Shown here: in pieces, positions 21,489 through 32,425 of the stretch
Position numbering within the stretch: position 1 is the stretch's first letter
Layout: each line of letters begins with the position of its first letter
Source of the DNA: an uncultured Clostridium sp.
GTDB lineage: Bacteria > Bacillota > Clostridia > TANB77 > CAG-508
Length of the DNA: 64,000 nucleotides
NCBI GenBank assembly: GCA_947384775.1
Contig: CANDIF010000005.1
Location: 2,036-66,035 of the forward strand
Direction: 5' to 3'
Notes under the pieces: generated by a model
Told to the model about the DNA's origin: nothing
The model's input: only the letters and a program-made list of their open reading frames with translations
The model's database searches: none
Made by a program: the position numbers and the translations under genes

Positions 21489-21590
21489 TGTAATAATTTT
21501 TCGCATAAATTAAGAGGAAATTATTGCTATTATGTAAAGAATATGATAATATTATAACTATTAGATTTTAAGAAAGAGGAGTGCGTATGT

Positions 21591-24500
21591 ATGAAAAAAG
21601 TAGAACCAAATTTTAATTTTATCGACATGGAACACAAAATAATGAACTTCTGGGAAGAAGAAAAGTGTTTCCAAGAACTATTAGAAAAAAACAAGGATGG
21701 TAAAAAATTTAAATTTTTAGATGGACCTATTACAGCAAACAATCCAATGGGAATTCACCATGCTTGGGGAAGAACAATAAAAGATATATACATACGTTAC
21801 AAAGGAATGAATGGATATACTTCACATTATAGAAATGGATTTGATGGTCAAGGACTTTGGATAGAAGTTGAAGTAGAAAAAGAATTAGGATTTAAAGACA
21901 AAAAAGATATAGAAAAATATGGATTAGATAAATTCACTAAAAAATGCTTAGAAAGAGTTGATCGTTTTTCAAAAACAATAACAGATCAATCAAAAAGATT
22001 AGGACAATGGATGGACTGGGATAACTCATATTACACAAATACAGAGGAAAATATAACAGCAATCTGGCACTTTTTAAAGAAATGCCATGAAAAAGGAATG
22101 ATAGAGCAATCATTTAGACCAATGCCATGGTGTCCAAGATGTGGTACTTCATTATCAGAACACGAGATGGCAGGATCATATAAACAAATGGTACATAAAG
22201 CAGTATATTTTAAATTACCATTAGTTGGAACAGATAGCAAAATAGTAGTATGGACAACAACACCATGGACATTATCATCAAATGTTGCTTTAGCAGTAAA
22301 CCCAGAAATAGACTATGTTAAAGTAAAAGTAAAATCAGATGAAAAATATTTAATCATGGGAAGAAATGCTCTAAACATGGTTGGAGACGATAAAATAGAA
22401 GTAGTAGATAGCTTTAAAGGAGACAAATTAGTAGGCTTAGAATATGAAACATGTTTCCCAGAAATGGAAAAACAAAAAGACATAGACCACAAAATAGTTG
22501 CATGGGAAGATGTATCTAGTGAAGATGGAACCGGAGTAGTTCATATTGCTCCAGGCTGTGGTGCAGAAGACTACGAATTGGGAAAGAGAGAAAACTTAGC
22601 AGTAGTAATTCCAATAGATGATGAAGGTGTTATAGTAGATGGATTTGGATTTATGACAGGACATAACACTAAAGAAGTCGCAGAATTAGTATTTGAAGAA
22701 TTGAAAAAAAGAGATAAATTATACATGATAGAAGAACACGAACATAGCTATCCAGTATGCTGGAGATGTAAGAGTGAAGTAGTGTTTAAAGCAGTTAGAG
22801 AATGGCAAATCAATAGTGAAAAAATAAGACCACAATTAATAGAAGCAGCAAAAACAGTAAAATGGACACCAGACTTTGCAGGAAAAAGAATGGAAGACTG
22901 GTTAAGAAATATGGGAAATTGGGCAATTTCAAGAAAGAGATTTTATGGATTACCACTTCCAATATATCCTTGCGATGAATGTGGCGAAGTAACAGTAGTT
23001 GGTTCAAGAGAAGAATTAAAGAAATTAGCAGTAGAACCAAACAAAGTAGATGAATTACCAGATTTACATAGACCATGGATAGATGATATAGAAATAGTAT
23101 GTCCACATTGTGGAAAACATGTAAAGAGAATAAAAGAAGTTGGAGACTGTTGGCTAGATGCAGGAATAGTAGCATTCTCAACATTAAAATATTTCACAGA
23201 CAAAGAATATTGGAAACAATATTTCCCAGCTGAATGGGTAACAGAAATGAAAGAACAGATAAGATTATGGTTCTACTCATTACTATTCATGTCAGTTGTA
23301 TTAGAAGAAAGAGCACCATATGAATCAGTATTAACATATAATGCTGTTATAAAAGAAGATGGAAGTAAATTCTCTAAATCAGGATATATGATTAAATTTG
23401 ACGAAGCGGCAGAAAAAATAGGAGCAGATCCAATAAGATATCTATATGCAAGTGCACAATTAAACAATGATGTAAGATTTGGATTTAACCTAGGAGACGA
23501 ATCAAGAAGAAAATTATTAAACTTCTGGAATATATATGTATTCTTTAATACATATGCAATATTAGATATGCCAAACTTAAAAGATTATAAGTTAGATATG
23601 TCTAAGTTAGAAAAATCAGATAAATGGTTGCTTGCAAGATTAAACACATTCTTAAAAGTAGCAAAAGAAAAAATGGATAACTACCAAGCACCAGACTTAG
23701 TAAAAGAATTCGAAATATTAGTTGATGACATATCAAACTTCTATGTAAGAGTAAATAGAAAGAGATTCTGGAAAATTGGAGAAGACGAAGACAAATTACA
23801 AGTATATTATTTACTATACACAGCAATCAAGAAAATGACACAAGTAATAGCACCAATAATACCATTTATGACAGAAGAAATTTGGCAAAATATGGTTAGA
23901 AGTTTTGAACCAAATGAAGCAAAATCAGTACATTTGAGTGATTATCCAACTCCAGTAGCAGAATATGAAGATGGAGAAATACTAAAAGAAGTAGAAGAAA
24001 TGAGAAAAGTAATAGGACTTGGATTAATGCTTAGAAATGAAAAACAATTAAAAGTAAGACAGCCATTAAATAAGCTATATATATCAAGCGAAAAAGATAT
24101 AGAAAACTCAATAAACGATTTTGAAAACATCATAAAAGAAGAATTAAACATAAAGAATATCGAATTATTAAAAGACGAAGCAGTATTAAATGATGAATAT
24201 TTAATGGTAAACTTCAAAGTAGCAGGAAGACTATTAAAAGAAAAAATCCAAAGTTTCAAAGAAAAAATAGAAAAATTAAGTGACGCAGAAATACAAGAAT
24301 TAGTTGCAAAATTCAATGATGAAAGTGTTACAGAAATAGAAATAGACGGATTTGGCACATTTGAAAAAGATGTATTCATAAAAGATATGAAGCCAAAAGC
24401 ACATATAGTTGTTATAAAAGAAGGAGACTATACAATAGCACTAGATACAATCTTAACAGAGAACTTAATAGTAGAAGGAATGTATAGAGACTTAGTAAGA

Positions 24501-24731
24501 ACATTACAAGTATTAAGAAAAGATGCAGGATTAAAAGTAGAACAAAGAATAAACTTATCAGTACAAACAACAGGAAAATTAATGGAAAAAGTTCTAGCAA
24601 ACTATGTGGATAAAATAACAGCAGATACATTAACAGAAAACTTCTCAAGAGAAGCAATAGCAAATCCAGTAGTTGAAAAAGAAATTGAAATAAACGGAGA
24701 AAAAATAACAGTACAAATAGCGGAAGTTTAA
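21591..24731 (+). CDS. ileS: isoleucine--tRNA ligase
   Basis: 1046 aa, class I HIGH-like (PMGIHHAWG) and KMSKS (KFSKS) motifs, zinc-binding C-terminus. Confidence 0.95.
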   Translation: MKKVEPNFNFIDMEHKIMNFWEEEKCFQELLEKNKDGKKFKFLDGPITANNPMGIHHAWGRTIKDIYIRYKGMNGYTSHYRNGFDGQGLWIEVEVEKELGFKDKKDIEKYGLDKFTKKCLERVDRFSKTITDQSKRLGQWMDWDNSYYTNTEENITAIWHFLKKCHEKGMIEQSFRPMPWCPRCGTSLSEHEMAGSYKQMVHKAVYFKLPLVGTDSKIVVWTTTPWTLSSNVALAVNPEIDYVKVKVKSDEKYLIMGRNALNMVGDDKIEVVDSFKGDKLVGLEYETCFPEMEKQKDIDHKIVAWEDVSSEDGTGVVHIAPGCGAEDYELGKRENLAVVIPIDDEGVIVDGFGFMTGHNTKEVAELVFEELKKRDKLYMIEEHEHSYPVCWRCKSEVVFKAVREWQINSEKIRPQLIEAAKTVKWTPDFAGKRMEDWLRNMGNWAISRKRFYGLPLPIYPCDECGEVTVVGSREELKKLAVEPNKVDELPDLHRPWIDDIEIVCPHCGKHVKRIKEVGDCWLDAGIVAFSTLKYFTDKEYWKQYFPAEWVTEMKEQIRLWFYSLLFMSVVLEERAPYESVLTYNAVIKEDGSKFSKSGYMIKFDEAAEKIGADPIRYLYASAQLNNDVRFGFNLGDESRRKLLNFWNIYVFFNTYAILDMPNLKDYKLDMSKLEKSDKWLLARLNTFLKVAKEKMDNYQAPDLVKEFEILVDDISNFYVRVNRKRFWKIGEDEDKLQVYYLLYTAIKKMTQVIAPIIPFMTEEIWQNMVRSFEPNEAKSVHLSDYPTPVAEYEDGEILKEVEEMRKVIGLGLMLRNEKQLKVRQPLNKLYISSEKDIENSINDFENIIKEELNIKNIELLKDEAVLNDEYLMVNFKVAGRLLKEKIQSFKEKIEKLSDAEIQELVAKFNDESVTEIEIDGFGTFEKDVFIKDMKPKAHIVVIKEGDYTIALDTILTENLIVEGMYRDLVRTLQVLRKDAGLKVEQRINLSVQTTGKLMEKVLANYVDKITADTLTENFSREAIANPVVEKEIEINGEKITVQIAEV

Positions 24732-24742
24732 AATTATTTAAG

Positions 24743-24773
24743 AAGATACCTAAAACCAAGGTATCTTCTTTTC
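24743..24773 (+). terminator. rho-independent terminator after ileS
   Basis: AGATACC...GGTATCT hairpin then TCTTTTC. Confidence 0.5.
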
Positions 24774-24802
24774 AATAATTTGCAATTAGTTCTCTTTGAC
24801 AG

Positions 24803-24886
24803 TCCGCTCCATCTTGCTGGATGTTTGATTTTTAAAATGTTTCATGCAATTGCTCAAAATTTTAAAAATGAACACCCACGTGGAGC
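24803..24886 (-). repeat. hairpin repeat family copy 2 (reverse orientation)
   Basis: TCCGCTCCATCTTGCTGGA ... CCACGTGGAGC. Confidence 0.6.
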
Positions 24887-25006
24887 TAGTTTTGATTAAA
24901 CATTTTACTCACACAAACTACAATTTATATGATTTCATCTTGACACTAAAAATTGTCTATGATATATTAATAGCGGTAAAATTAAAAAAATAGGAGGGTA
25001 AAATTT

Positions 25007-25546
25007 ATGGAATTAAAAGGATCAAAAACAGAGAAAAATTTAATGGAAGCATTTGCTGGTGAATCACAAGCAAGAAATAAATATACATACTTTGCTTCAA
25101 AAGCTAAAAAAGAAGGATATGAGCAAATAGCTGATATATTTACAGAAACAGCTAATAATGAAAAAGAACATGCAAAATTATGGTTTAAACTATTAAATGG
25201 TGGAGATGTTCCAACAACAACAGAAAACTTAAAAGCGGCAGCAGCAGGAGAAAATTTCGAATGGACAGATATGTATGACAGAATGGCAAAAGAAGCAAAA
25301 GAAGAAGGATTTGACAGAATTGCATACTTATTCGAAGCTGTTGGAAAAATAGAAAAAGAACATGAAGAAAGATATAAAAAATTATTAGAAAACGTAGAAA
25401 ATGGATTAGTATTCTCAAAAGACGGAGACAAAATCTGGATTTGTAGAAATTGTGGACATATAGTAGTAGGAAAAGAAGCTCCAGAAATATGCCCAGTATG
25501 TAGTCATCCAAGAGCTTACTTTGAAATTAAAGCAGAAAATTATTAA
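25007..25546 (+). CDS. rbr: rubrerythrin
   Basis: ferritin-like diiron E..EH motifs plus C-terminal rubredoxin-like CRNCG...CPVC. Confidence 0.85.
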   Translation: MELKGSKTEKNLMEAFAGESQARNKYTYFASKAKKEGYEQIADIFTETANNEKEHAKLWFKLLNGGDVPTTTENLKAAAAGENFEWTDMYDRMAKEAKEEGFDRIAYLFEAVGKIEKEHEERYKKLLENVENGLVFSKDGDKIWICRNCGHIVVGKEAPEICPVCSHPRAYFEIKAENY

Positions 25547-25596
25547 TAAGCAAAAAACGTTGTTAAAAAGTTAACAACGTTTTTTCTTTTGCATTT

Positions 25597-25992
25597 TTAA
25601 AAAGTATTTTCAGTTCCATGTTCAATAGTTACAAAGGTATTGTCTAGAGAAGTTCTAATAATTTGTACTACTTGATTTAAAAACTTTAAACAAAGTTCTG
25701 TTTCTTTAAATAAAAACTTAATTTGTATTTCTATTTGTTTTGGATTAGGATAACTTTTCAAATATTGTTTTGTTTCTATATAAGCAATATAATGATTTAG
25801 TTTTTCTTGTAATAAAAATAAGTGTCGAGCTTCATCATGCCAGTCCATTCCATCTGATAGAAGTAGTACTAACTTTGAATTTGCTTCGTCATAAGCCACA
25901 GCATCAAGTACATTAGTTCTTTCAACGTTTAGCATTTTATTATTGCTATTATTTTCCGTGTTGTGCTTTTTAAATTTGTCAAATATTCCCAT
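25597..25992 (-). CDS. hypothetical protein
   Basis: 131-aa ORF, no family recognised. Confidence 0.35.
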   Translation of the reverse strand: MGIFDKFKKHNTENNSNNKMLNVERTNVLDAVAYDEANSKLVLLLSDGMDWHDEARHLFLLQEKLNHYIAYIETKQYLKSYPNPKQIEIQIKFLFKETELCLKFLNQVVQIIRTSLDNTFVTIEHGTENTF

Positions 25993-26014
25993 AAATTAAC
26001 CTCTTATCAAATAA

Positions 26015-27013
26015 TTATTTTTTAAACCTGATATCATCGCCAAAGAACCTATAGATATTATAATTTCCAATAAATCTTGAGACAATTCTTTCGTCATAAG
26101 TATTAAATAAACCTTGCAAATCTAAATTAGTAGAAATAATAGTTTTAGTAATTTTTCCATTTTGATTAAGAAGTCTAGTATTTATAACCTTATAAATTTC
26201 AGTAAATTTCATACTATTCATAGTCTCAGTTCCTAAATCATCAATAACCAGTAAGTCTACGGAAAGCAGATTTTTAGAAAAAAAACCATTAGAACTTTTG
26301 TCAAAAAGTTCATCAATCAGATTGTCTAACATTACAGGAGCAGTTTGATAAAGAACAGTTTTTCCTTGATTTAAAAGCTCTGCAACAATACAATTAGAAA
26401 GAAAAGTCTTTCCTAAGCCTGTACCACCAGAAAAAAGCAAATTCTTTTCAGAAGGATCATCAAAGTTTTTAATAAACTTTTTGATTTCTCTGCAAATACT
26501 CTTAATATTTTCTCTTGGAGAAACATCAGAATTATATTTATTCTCATCAACTTCATCTGAATATAAATTAATATTAAATTTCTTAAAATTTTCTTTATCT
26601 AAATTACCAATATTAGAATTATTATATTCAATATCAAGCAATTTTTGTTTTAAGCAACTACACATAGAAGTAGAGCCATTCTTAGTAATATAGCCAGTAT
26701 CTTCACATATAGAGCATTCAAACGATGGTAATAAATAAGATAAATCTTTATTTGCTTTTATTAGAACAGAATTACGTTCTTCTTTTAAAACTTGTATTTT
26801 ATCTTGTAACTTCATTAAACAATCAGAAATATTAGAGGAAAGAATAGATTTAGCAGTTTCAATTGCATATTTATTAAGCTCATCATCAATCTCTTGAAGA
26901 CGAGGTAATTTATTATACAACTCTTTTTTTCTATTATCAGCATCAGCAACAGCCCTAGAATGCTTCAAATCATAATCTTTCAACAACTCTTTTAAAACAG
27001 TAGAATCAGCCAC
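26015..27013 (-). CDS. DnaC/DnaI/IstB-like AAA+ helicase-loader protein
   Basis: Walker A FSGGTGLGKTFLS, Walker B LLVIDDLG, N-terminal Cys cluster. Confidence 0.6.
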   Translation of the reverse strand: MADSTVLKELLKDYDLKHSRAVADADNRKKELYNKLPRLQEIDDELNKYAIETAKSILSSNISDCLMKLQDKIQVLKEERNSVLIKANKDLSYLLPSFECSICEDTGYITKNGSTSMCSCLKQKLLDIEYNNSNIGNLDKENFKKFNINLYSDEVDENKYNSDVSPRENIKSICREIKKFIKNFDDPSEKNLLFSGGTGLGKTFLSNCIVAELLNQGKTVLYQTAPVMLDNLIDELFDKSSNGFFSKNLLSVDLLVIDDLGTETMNSMKFTEIYKVINTRLLNQNGKITKTIISTNLDLQGLFNTYDERIVSRFIGNYNIYRFFGDDIRFKK

Positions 27014-27060
27014 ATCAGCACCTCCCCATATAATTTTAAGTTAAATAAATAGATAAACTA

Positions 27061-27143
27061 GCTCCACGTGGATATTCGATTTTTAAAATTTTAAACAACT
27101 GTATTAAAATTTTAAAAATCGAATATCCAGCAAGATGGAGCGG
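27061..27143 (+). repeat. hairpin repeat family copy 3
   Basis: GCTCCACGTGGA TATTCGATTTTTAAAA...TTTTAAAAATCGAATA TCCAGCAAGATGGAGCGGA. Confidence 0.6.
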
Positions 27144-27170
27144 ATTTTAAGAGTGAACTTGGAACAAAAG

Positions 27171-28136
27171 TTATTTTTTATTAGCGTAAAGCTCATTCAA
27201 ATTATCATACTTTCTCTGAGTATAATTATTATAATTAGTCTTCTTCTCAAGCTCCTTAATACTTTTAGACTTAGACTTAAACTCAGCAAGAAATGCCTCA
27301 ACTTCAGGAGCAGTTTTAAGATTTCTATCATGCCAATCAGAAAGCAATTTATCTAAATAATCAAAATTAGGATTAGCTTTTGAAGTAGTTTTCTTCAATG
27401 CGATATTGATAATATCTAAACTATAATTATATTCTAAAATCCATTTTTCAATATAAGCCTCTTCGAATTGTGTAAGAGCAGTGTAACGGCCTAACTTTTT
27501 TGCAATAGATTTTTTTATTTTATTCATATTATCATATTTTTGATAATAATTTTCTAAATCATTATAAGATTTAATTTTATTATTAGCCCAGCCATCAGCA
27601 ACAGCTTGAACATAATTTTTATGAAGAGCAGATTTATTGAAACAATAATCAAAAAGTGCGACCATAACTTGCTCATCAAATTCATATTTTTTAAACCACA
27701 AATCTATATTACTATACCAAGAAGGAGACATTACTCCCTGGAAATACATATTATTAATACTTTCAATAGCTTTAGCTCTATATTGACTTTTAGCATTTTC
27801 TTTTACAGCTTCAGGCGTTAGAGTTAAATTAGGAGTATAAGATTTATGAAGTTCAATTTCCTGCAGATTATTTAATATATAACCATTAGGTTTTTTTGTA
27901 ATAACTCCATTTTCCTCCCAAAATGCAAGTCCTGCTTGAATAAGATTAAAAGGAATATTTAATTTTTTTGCTAAATCAGTTATTTTAATATCTTTATCAT
28001 ACTTAGATAAAAATAACAAACAAAGATATATTTTTATAAAATCGCCACTAGCAGAAGATAAGTATTCAGTAAAAAATATATCTGGAATTTCAGTATGCGA
28101 AAATAATATAGAATTGTCTTTAGAATCAAGTTTCAT
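27171..28136 (-). CDS. DnaD-domain replication initiation protein
   Basis: 321 aa, DnaD/DnaB2-like C-terminal domain, paired with DnaC-like gene. Confidence 0.6.
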   Translation of the reverse strand: MKLDSKDNSILFSHTEIPDIFFTEYLSSASGDFIKIYLCLLFLSKYDKDIKITDLAKKLNIPFNLIQAGLAFWEENGVITKKPNGYILNNLQEIELHKSYTPNLTLTPEAVKENAKSQYRAKAIESINNMYFQGVMSPSWYSNIDLWFKKYEFDEQVMVALFDYCFNKSALHKNYVQAVADGWANNKIKSYNDLENYYQKYDNMNKIKKSIAKKLGRYTALTQFEEAYIEKWILEYNYSLDIINIALKKTTSKANPNFDYLDKLLSDWHDRNLKTAPEVEAFLAEFKSKSKSIKELEKKTNYNNYTQRKYDNLNELYANKK

Positions 28137-28315
28137 TAAAATCTCTCCTTTTTTAGTAACATAAATTATATCATCTTAGGATAAATAAAACAATAAAAAG
28201 ATAGATAGTTTTTTAAAACATATAAAATATGATATGCGTTATATAGAGAGTCTATTAAAAAATAAAAAAACATCAGGCAATGTCTCCAGAGAGACGTTGC
28301 CTGATGGCGAGGGGC

Positions 28316-28531
28316 TTATTCGGCCTTGTAGGCTTCTACTTTCCTGGTATTCGGGTCGTACCTCTCCAGATAGCGAACCCCGCTCATAAAGAGCAAGGTA
28401 GCGGAGACGTCATCCAAAGTACCGTGATGAGTAAAAAGCACTTCGTTTGCAGCAGCGTTTTTGATGCGCAAGACCTCAGCCTCTTGGATGCCAACTGGCA
28501 TCCGCTGGTCTAAATGTTGCCGATTAAGAAT
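28316..28531 (-). CDS. hypothetical 71-aa protein encoded in a GC-rich (~52%) island
   Basis: GGAGG RBS + ATG; GC3-rich codon usage atypical for host; contains two in-frame CGG codons; flanked by GC hairpin terminator 28266..28305. Confidence 0.35.
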   Translation of the reverse strand: MLNRQHLDQRMPVGIQEAEVLRIKNAAANEVLFTHHGTLDDVSATLLFMSGVRYLERYDPNTRKVEAYKAE

Positions 28532-28794
28532 CATGTTGCAAAACCTCCAATATAGATATACATATATTATAACACGAATATAGGAGAAAAGCAAAAAGAC
28601 AAAATCATATGATGATTGAAAGAATGTAACATATAAAAAATAAATAGACATAAAATTTCTAAAAAAATCCTGGAAATACTTGACTTTTTAAATAAAATAT
28701 GGTAAATTATATAAGCTATGTTTCTAAAAAGGAGACATAGCTTAAAAAAAACGCATCGTAAAACCCATAATACAAAGTTGGAGGTGGAGCTAAA

Positions 28795-28959
28795 ATGGCT
28801 GCAAAAGGACCAAGAGAAAGTATAACATTAGAATGTACAGAATGTAAAAGAAGAAATTACATGACAAGTAAAAATAAGAGAAATAACACAGAAAGATTAG
28901 AAGTTGCAAAGTATTGCAAATTCTGTAAAAAAAGAACAACACACAAAGAAACAAAATAA
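28795..28959 (+). CDS. rpmG: 50S ribosomal protein L33
   Basis: 54 aa [30 protein letters not shown]...; Cys4 zinc ribbon; upstream of secE-nusG. Confidence 0.85.
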   Translation: MAAKGPRESITLECTECKRRNYMTSKNKRNNTERLEVAKYCKFCKKRTTHKETK

Positions 28960-28987
28960 GCAAAAGCTATTTTTAGGAGGAAATAAA

Positions 28988-29377
28988 ATGGCTAACAAAG
29001 AAAAAGAAATAAAAAACAAAAAAAGTTTTTTCAAAGATTTTAAAGCAGAATTAAAAAAAGTTATTTGGCCAACACCAAAACAACTAGTAAACAATACAGC
29101 AGCGGTTGTAGTTATAGTAATAATCACAGCAGCAATTGTATTTGCTTTAGACTTTGCATTTGAAGCACTTAATAAATATGGAATAAACCCAATAAAATCA
29201 AAAGTAAGAGGAACTAATACAGTAGTTATAGAACAAAATGTTAATGAAGGAAGCAGTGAAGAAGGAAATACAGAAACAAATAACATAGAAGTTCAAAATG
29301 TAACAGGAACGGTTCAAACAAATAACATAGCAGAAAATGCAAATAATGAAGAAACAACAAATAATATAAATGAATAA
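28988..29377 (+). CDS. secE: preprotein translocase subunit SecE with long C-terminal extension
   Basis: KKVIWPT motif + single TM, then ~60-aa Asn/Glu/Thr-rich tail. Confidence 0.75.
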   Translation: MANKEKEIKNKKSFFKDFKAELKKVIWPTPKQLVNNTAAVVVIVIITAAIVFALDFAFEALNKYGINPIKSKVRGTNTVVIEQNVNEGSSEEGNTETNNIEVQNVTGTVQTNNIAENANNEETTNNINE

Positions 29378-29398
29378 ATATTTAGGGAGGACATATAA

Positions 29399-29932
29399 AT
29401 GTCTCAAATACAAGAAAATTTAACTCCAAGATGGTATGTAGTACATACTTATTCAGGCTATGAAAATAAAGTAAAAACAGACTTAGAAAAGACTGTAAAA
29501 AATAGAGAGCTTGAAGATTTCTTTTTTGACATTGTTGTTCCAATGGAAGAACAAATCGAAATTAAAGATGGAAAAAGAAAAGCAAACTTAAAAAAAGTTT
29601 TTCCTGGATATGTTTTAATAAAAATGATAGTAACTGAAGAATCTTGGTACATAGTAAGAAATACTAGAGGAGTTACAGGATTCGTTGGTTCAGGAACAGA
29701 TCCAATTCCATTAACAGATGAAGAAATAAGAAGTATGGGATTTGAAACTGCAAATGTAAATGTTGATTATGATGTCAACGATTCTGTAAAAATATTAAAT
29801 GGACCATTATCAGGATTTATAGGAACAGTACAAGAAATTAATAAAAATAAAGGAAAAGTAAAAGTATTAGTTTCTATGTTTGGAAGAGAAACTCCAGTAG
29901 AATTAGAATTTTCTCAAGTTGAAAAATTATAA
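29399..29932 (+). CDS. nusG: transcription termination/antitermination factor NusG
   Basis: 177 aa NGN + KOW domains (WYVVHTYSGYENKV). Confidence 0.9.
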   Translation: MSQIQENLTPRWYVVHTYSGYENKVKTDLEKTVKNRELEDFFFDIVVPMEEQIEIKDGKRKANLKKVFPGYVLIKMIVTEESWYIVRNTRGVTGFVGSGTDPIPLTDEEIRSMGFETANVNVDYDVNDSVKILNGPLSGFIGTVQEINKNKGKVKVLVSMFGRETPVELEFSQVEKL

Positions 29933-30061
29933 GAAAAATTGAATAGTACCCAGAATGTTTCACGTTCGGACTTTTATAAGAAATTTTTCTTGCATAGTAA
30001 TAAAAAAGGGCTGTGACCAACACAATATATAAATAAAAAAAATTGAAAAGGAGTCTTTAAA

Positions 30062-30490
30062 ATGGCAGAAAAAGAAATTTCAAACGTAATAAAATTACAA
30101 ATTGAAGCTGGAAAAGCAACACCAGCTCCACCAGTAGGACCAGCATTAGGTTCAAGTGGTGTAAATATCATGCAATTTGTTAAAGAATTTAATGATAGAA
30201 CAGCAAATCAACCAGGAATGATAATTCCAGTAGTTATAACAGTATATGCGGATAAATCATTCACCTTTGTAACAAAGGTACCACCAGTTGCTGTATTAAT
30301 CAAAAAAGCGATAAAATTAGAAAAAGGTTCAGGAAAACCTAACAAAGAAAAAGTTGCAACAATTACAAAGGAACAAGTAAAAGCTATAGCAGAACAAAAA
30401 ATGGAAGACTTAAATGCAGGTTCAGTAGAAGCTGCAATGAAGATGGTAGCTGGAACAGCACGTTCAATGGGAGTAGTTGTACAAGACTAA
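30062..30490 (+). CDS. rplK: 50S ribosomal protein L11
   Basis: 142 aa, highly conserved L11 sequence. Confidence 0.95.
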   Translation: MAEKEISNVIKLQIEAGKATPAPPVGPALGSSGVNIMQFVKEFNDRTANQPGMIIPVVITVYADKSFTFVTKVPPVAVLIKKAIKLEKGSGKPNKEKVATITKEQVKAIAEQKMEDLNAGSVEAAMKMVAGTARSMGVVVQD

Positions 30491-30579
30491 TTGAGGTTAT
30501 TACACTAGCAATAGTGAATAATGATATATATTGGGAGAGTGTAAATATAAACATTCGTTAAAACCAAAAGGAGGATATT

Positions 30580-31257
30580 ATGAAAAGAGGAAAAACATAT
30601 CTAGAAAGTGAAAAACTTATAGATAAAACAAAATCTTATGATGCAAAGGAAGCATTAGAAACATTTACAAAAATGCCAAAAAGAAAATTTGACGAAACAT
30701 TAGAATTACATGTTAAATTGGGTGTAGATTCTAAACAAGCAGACCAACAAGTAAGAGGAACAGTAGTTCTTCCAAATGGTACAGGAAAAACTCAAAGAGT
30801 TTTAGTATTTGCAAAAGGAGATAAAGCAAAAGAAGCTGAAGCAGCAGGAGCAGACTTCGTTGGAGCAGAAGAATTAGTACCAAAAATAGAAAAAGAAAAT
30901 TGGTTTGAATATGATGTAATAGTAGCAACACCAGATATGATGGGAGTTATTGGTAGATTAGGTAAAGTATTAGGACCTAAAGGATTAATGCCAAACCCAA
31001 AATCAGGAACAGTTACAATGGATGTAACAAAAGCAATAAATGAAATCAAATCAGGAAAAGTAGAATATAGATTAGACAAATCTAATATAATTCACTTAGG
31101 ATTTGGAAAACTTTCTTTTGGAGCAGAAAAATTATTACAAAACTATGAAACAGTTATGGAAGCTATAAATAAAGCAAAACCAGCAGCTGCAAAAGGACAA
31201 TATATAAGAAGTATAGCAATATCAACGACAATGGGACCAAGTATATATATAAATTAA
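30580..31257 (+). CDS. rplA: 50S ribosomal protein L1
   Basis: 225 aa conserved L1. Confidence 0.95.
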   Translation: MKRGKTYLESEKLIDKTKSYDAKEALETFTKMPKRKFDETLELHVKLGVDSKQADQQVRGTVVLPNGTGKTQRVLVFAKGDKAKEAEAAGADFVGAEELVPKIEKENWFEYDVIVATPDMMGVIGRLGKVLGPKGLMPNPKSGTVTMDVTKAINEIKSGKVEYRLDKSNIIHLGFGKLSFGAEKLLQNYETVMEAINKAKPAAAKGQYIRSIAISTTMGPSIYIN

Positions 31258-31261
31258 TAAA

Positions 31262-31400
31262 AAATAAGCCAAAGACAGTAGGCAAAAACATAAGTCCTAC
31301 CGAGGTAAAATAAGAGATAAAGAGCTCTTGTAATAGCCTCGCTTTGGCAATTACAAGAGTTTTTAATTTTAAAAAATATATTTACAAAAAACGAAGGAGG
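31262..31400 (+). promoter_or_regulatory. putative L10 (rplJ) leader autoregulatory RNA
   Basis: structured GC-richer segment with complementary blocks (AAGCCAAAG...CTTTGGC, CTCTTGTAAT...ATTACAAGAG) directly upstream of rplJ. Confidence 0.4.
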
Positions 31401-31408
31401 CGAAAAAA

Positions 31409-31909
31409 ATGGCAAGTCAAAACAGTATCAAACAAAAAGAGAAAGAAGTAGAAGAATTAGCAGAAAAAATAAAAAAAGCAAAAGTTGTACTTCTAACAGA
31501 TTACAAAGGAATCAATGTTGCTGATGTTACAGATTTAAGAGCAAAGCTAAGAAATGTAAACACAGAATACAGAGTTATAAAAAATAACATAACAAGAAGA
31601 GCATTACAAGCTTGTGGAATTGAAGGATTAGATGAGCATCTAGAAGGAACAACAGCATTAATTATAGGGTATGAAGATTATTTAGAACCATCTAAAATAA
31701 TATATGAATACACAAAAAACAATGATTTCTATAAAATTAAAGTTGGAATTATTGAAGGTAAAGTATCATCAGCAGAAGAAGTAATAACATTAGCAAAACT
31801 ACCATCAAGAGAGACATTAATAGCTCAACTTGCTGGAGCATTACTTGGAAATATTTCAAAACTTGCAGTTGCATTAGACCAAGTTGCAAAACAAAAAGAA
31901 AATGCTTAG
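31409..31909 (+). CDS. rplJ: 50S ribosomal protein L10
   Basis: 166 aa conserved L10. Confidence 0.9.
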   Translation: MASQNSIKQKEKEVEELAEKIKKAKVVLLTDYKGINVADVTDLRAKLRNVNTEYRVIKNNITRRALQACGIEGLDEHLEGTTALIIGYEDYLEPSKIIYEYTKNNDFYKIKVGIIEGKVSSAEEVITLAKLPSRETLIAQLAGALLGNISKLAVALDQVAKQKENA

Positions 31910-31988
31910 AAGTAGCATAATAATTAAAGAAAAATAGGGCTGTGACCGACACAAAAATAAAAAAATAATTAAAAGGAGAGATTTAAAA

Positions 31989-32360
31989 ATGGCAGACATT
32001 GCAAAATTATTAGAAGAAATAGATAGCTTAACAGTTATCGAATTATCAGAATTAGTAAAAGGAATTGAAGAAAAATATGGAGTATCAGCAGCAGCTGTAG
32101 CAGCACCAGTAGCTGGTGGAGCAGCAGCAGGAGCAGCAGCTGAAGAAAAATCATCATTCAACGTAGTATTAAAAGAAGCAGGAGCTAACAAAATAGCAGT
32201 TATAAAAGTTGTTAGAGATGCTACAGGATTAGGATTAAAAGAAGCTAAAGATTTAGTTGATGGAGCTCCAAAAACAGTTAAAGAAGGAGTATCTAAAGAT
32301 GATGCTGAAGCTATGAAAGCAAAATTCGAAGAAGCAGGAGCTACAATAGAATTAGCATAA
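31989..32360 (+). CDS. rplL: 50S ribosomal protein L7/L12
   Basis: 123 aa with Ala-rich hinge. Confidence 0.95.
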   Translation: MADIAKLLEEIDSLTVIELSELVKGIEEKYGVSAAAVAAPVAGGAAAGAAAEEKSSFNVVLKEAGANKIAVIKVVRDATGLGLKEAKDLVDGAPKTVKEGVSKDDAEAMKAKFEEAGATIELA

Positions 32361-32425
32361 TGCTTTCTGAAATAAGAACATAAAAATTAAAGAAAACATA
32401 CAATTTACCAAAAGGAGTGAATTGT

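Noticed and set aside
21231-21590. T-box riboswitch upstream of ileS
   Set aside because: No T-box consensus (AATTAGGGTGGNACCGCG) or specifier/antiterminator architecture was found. The region is instead occupied by the dispersed repeats.
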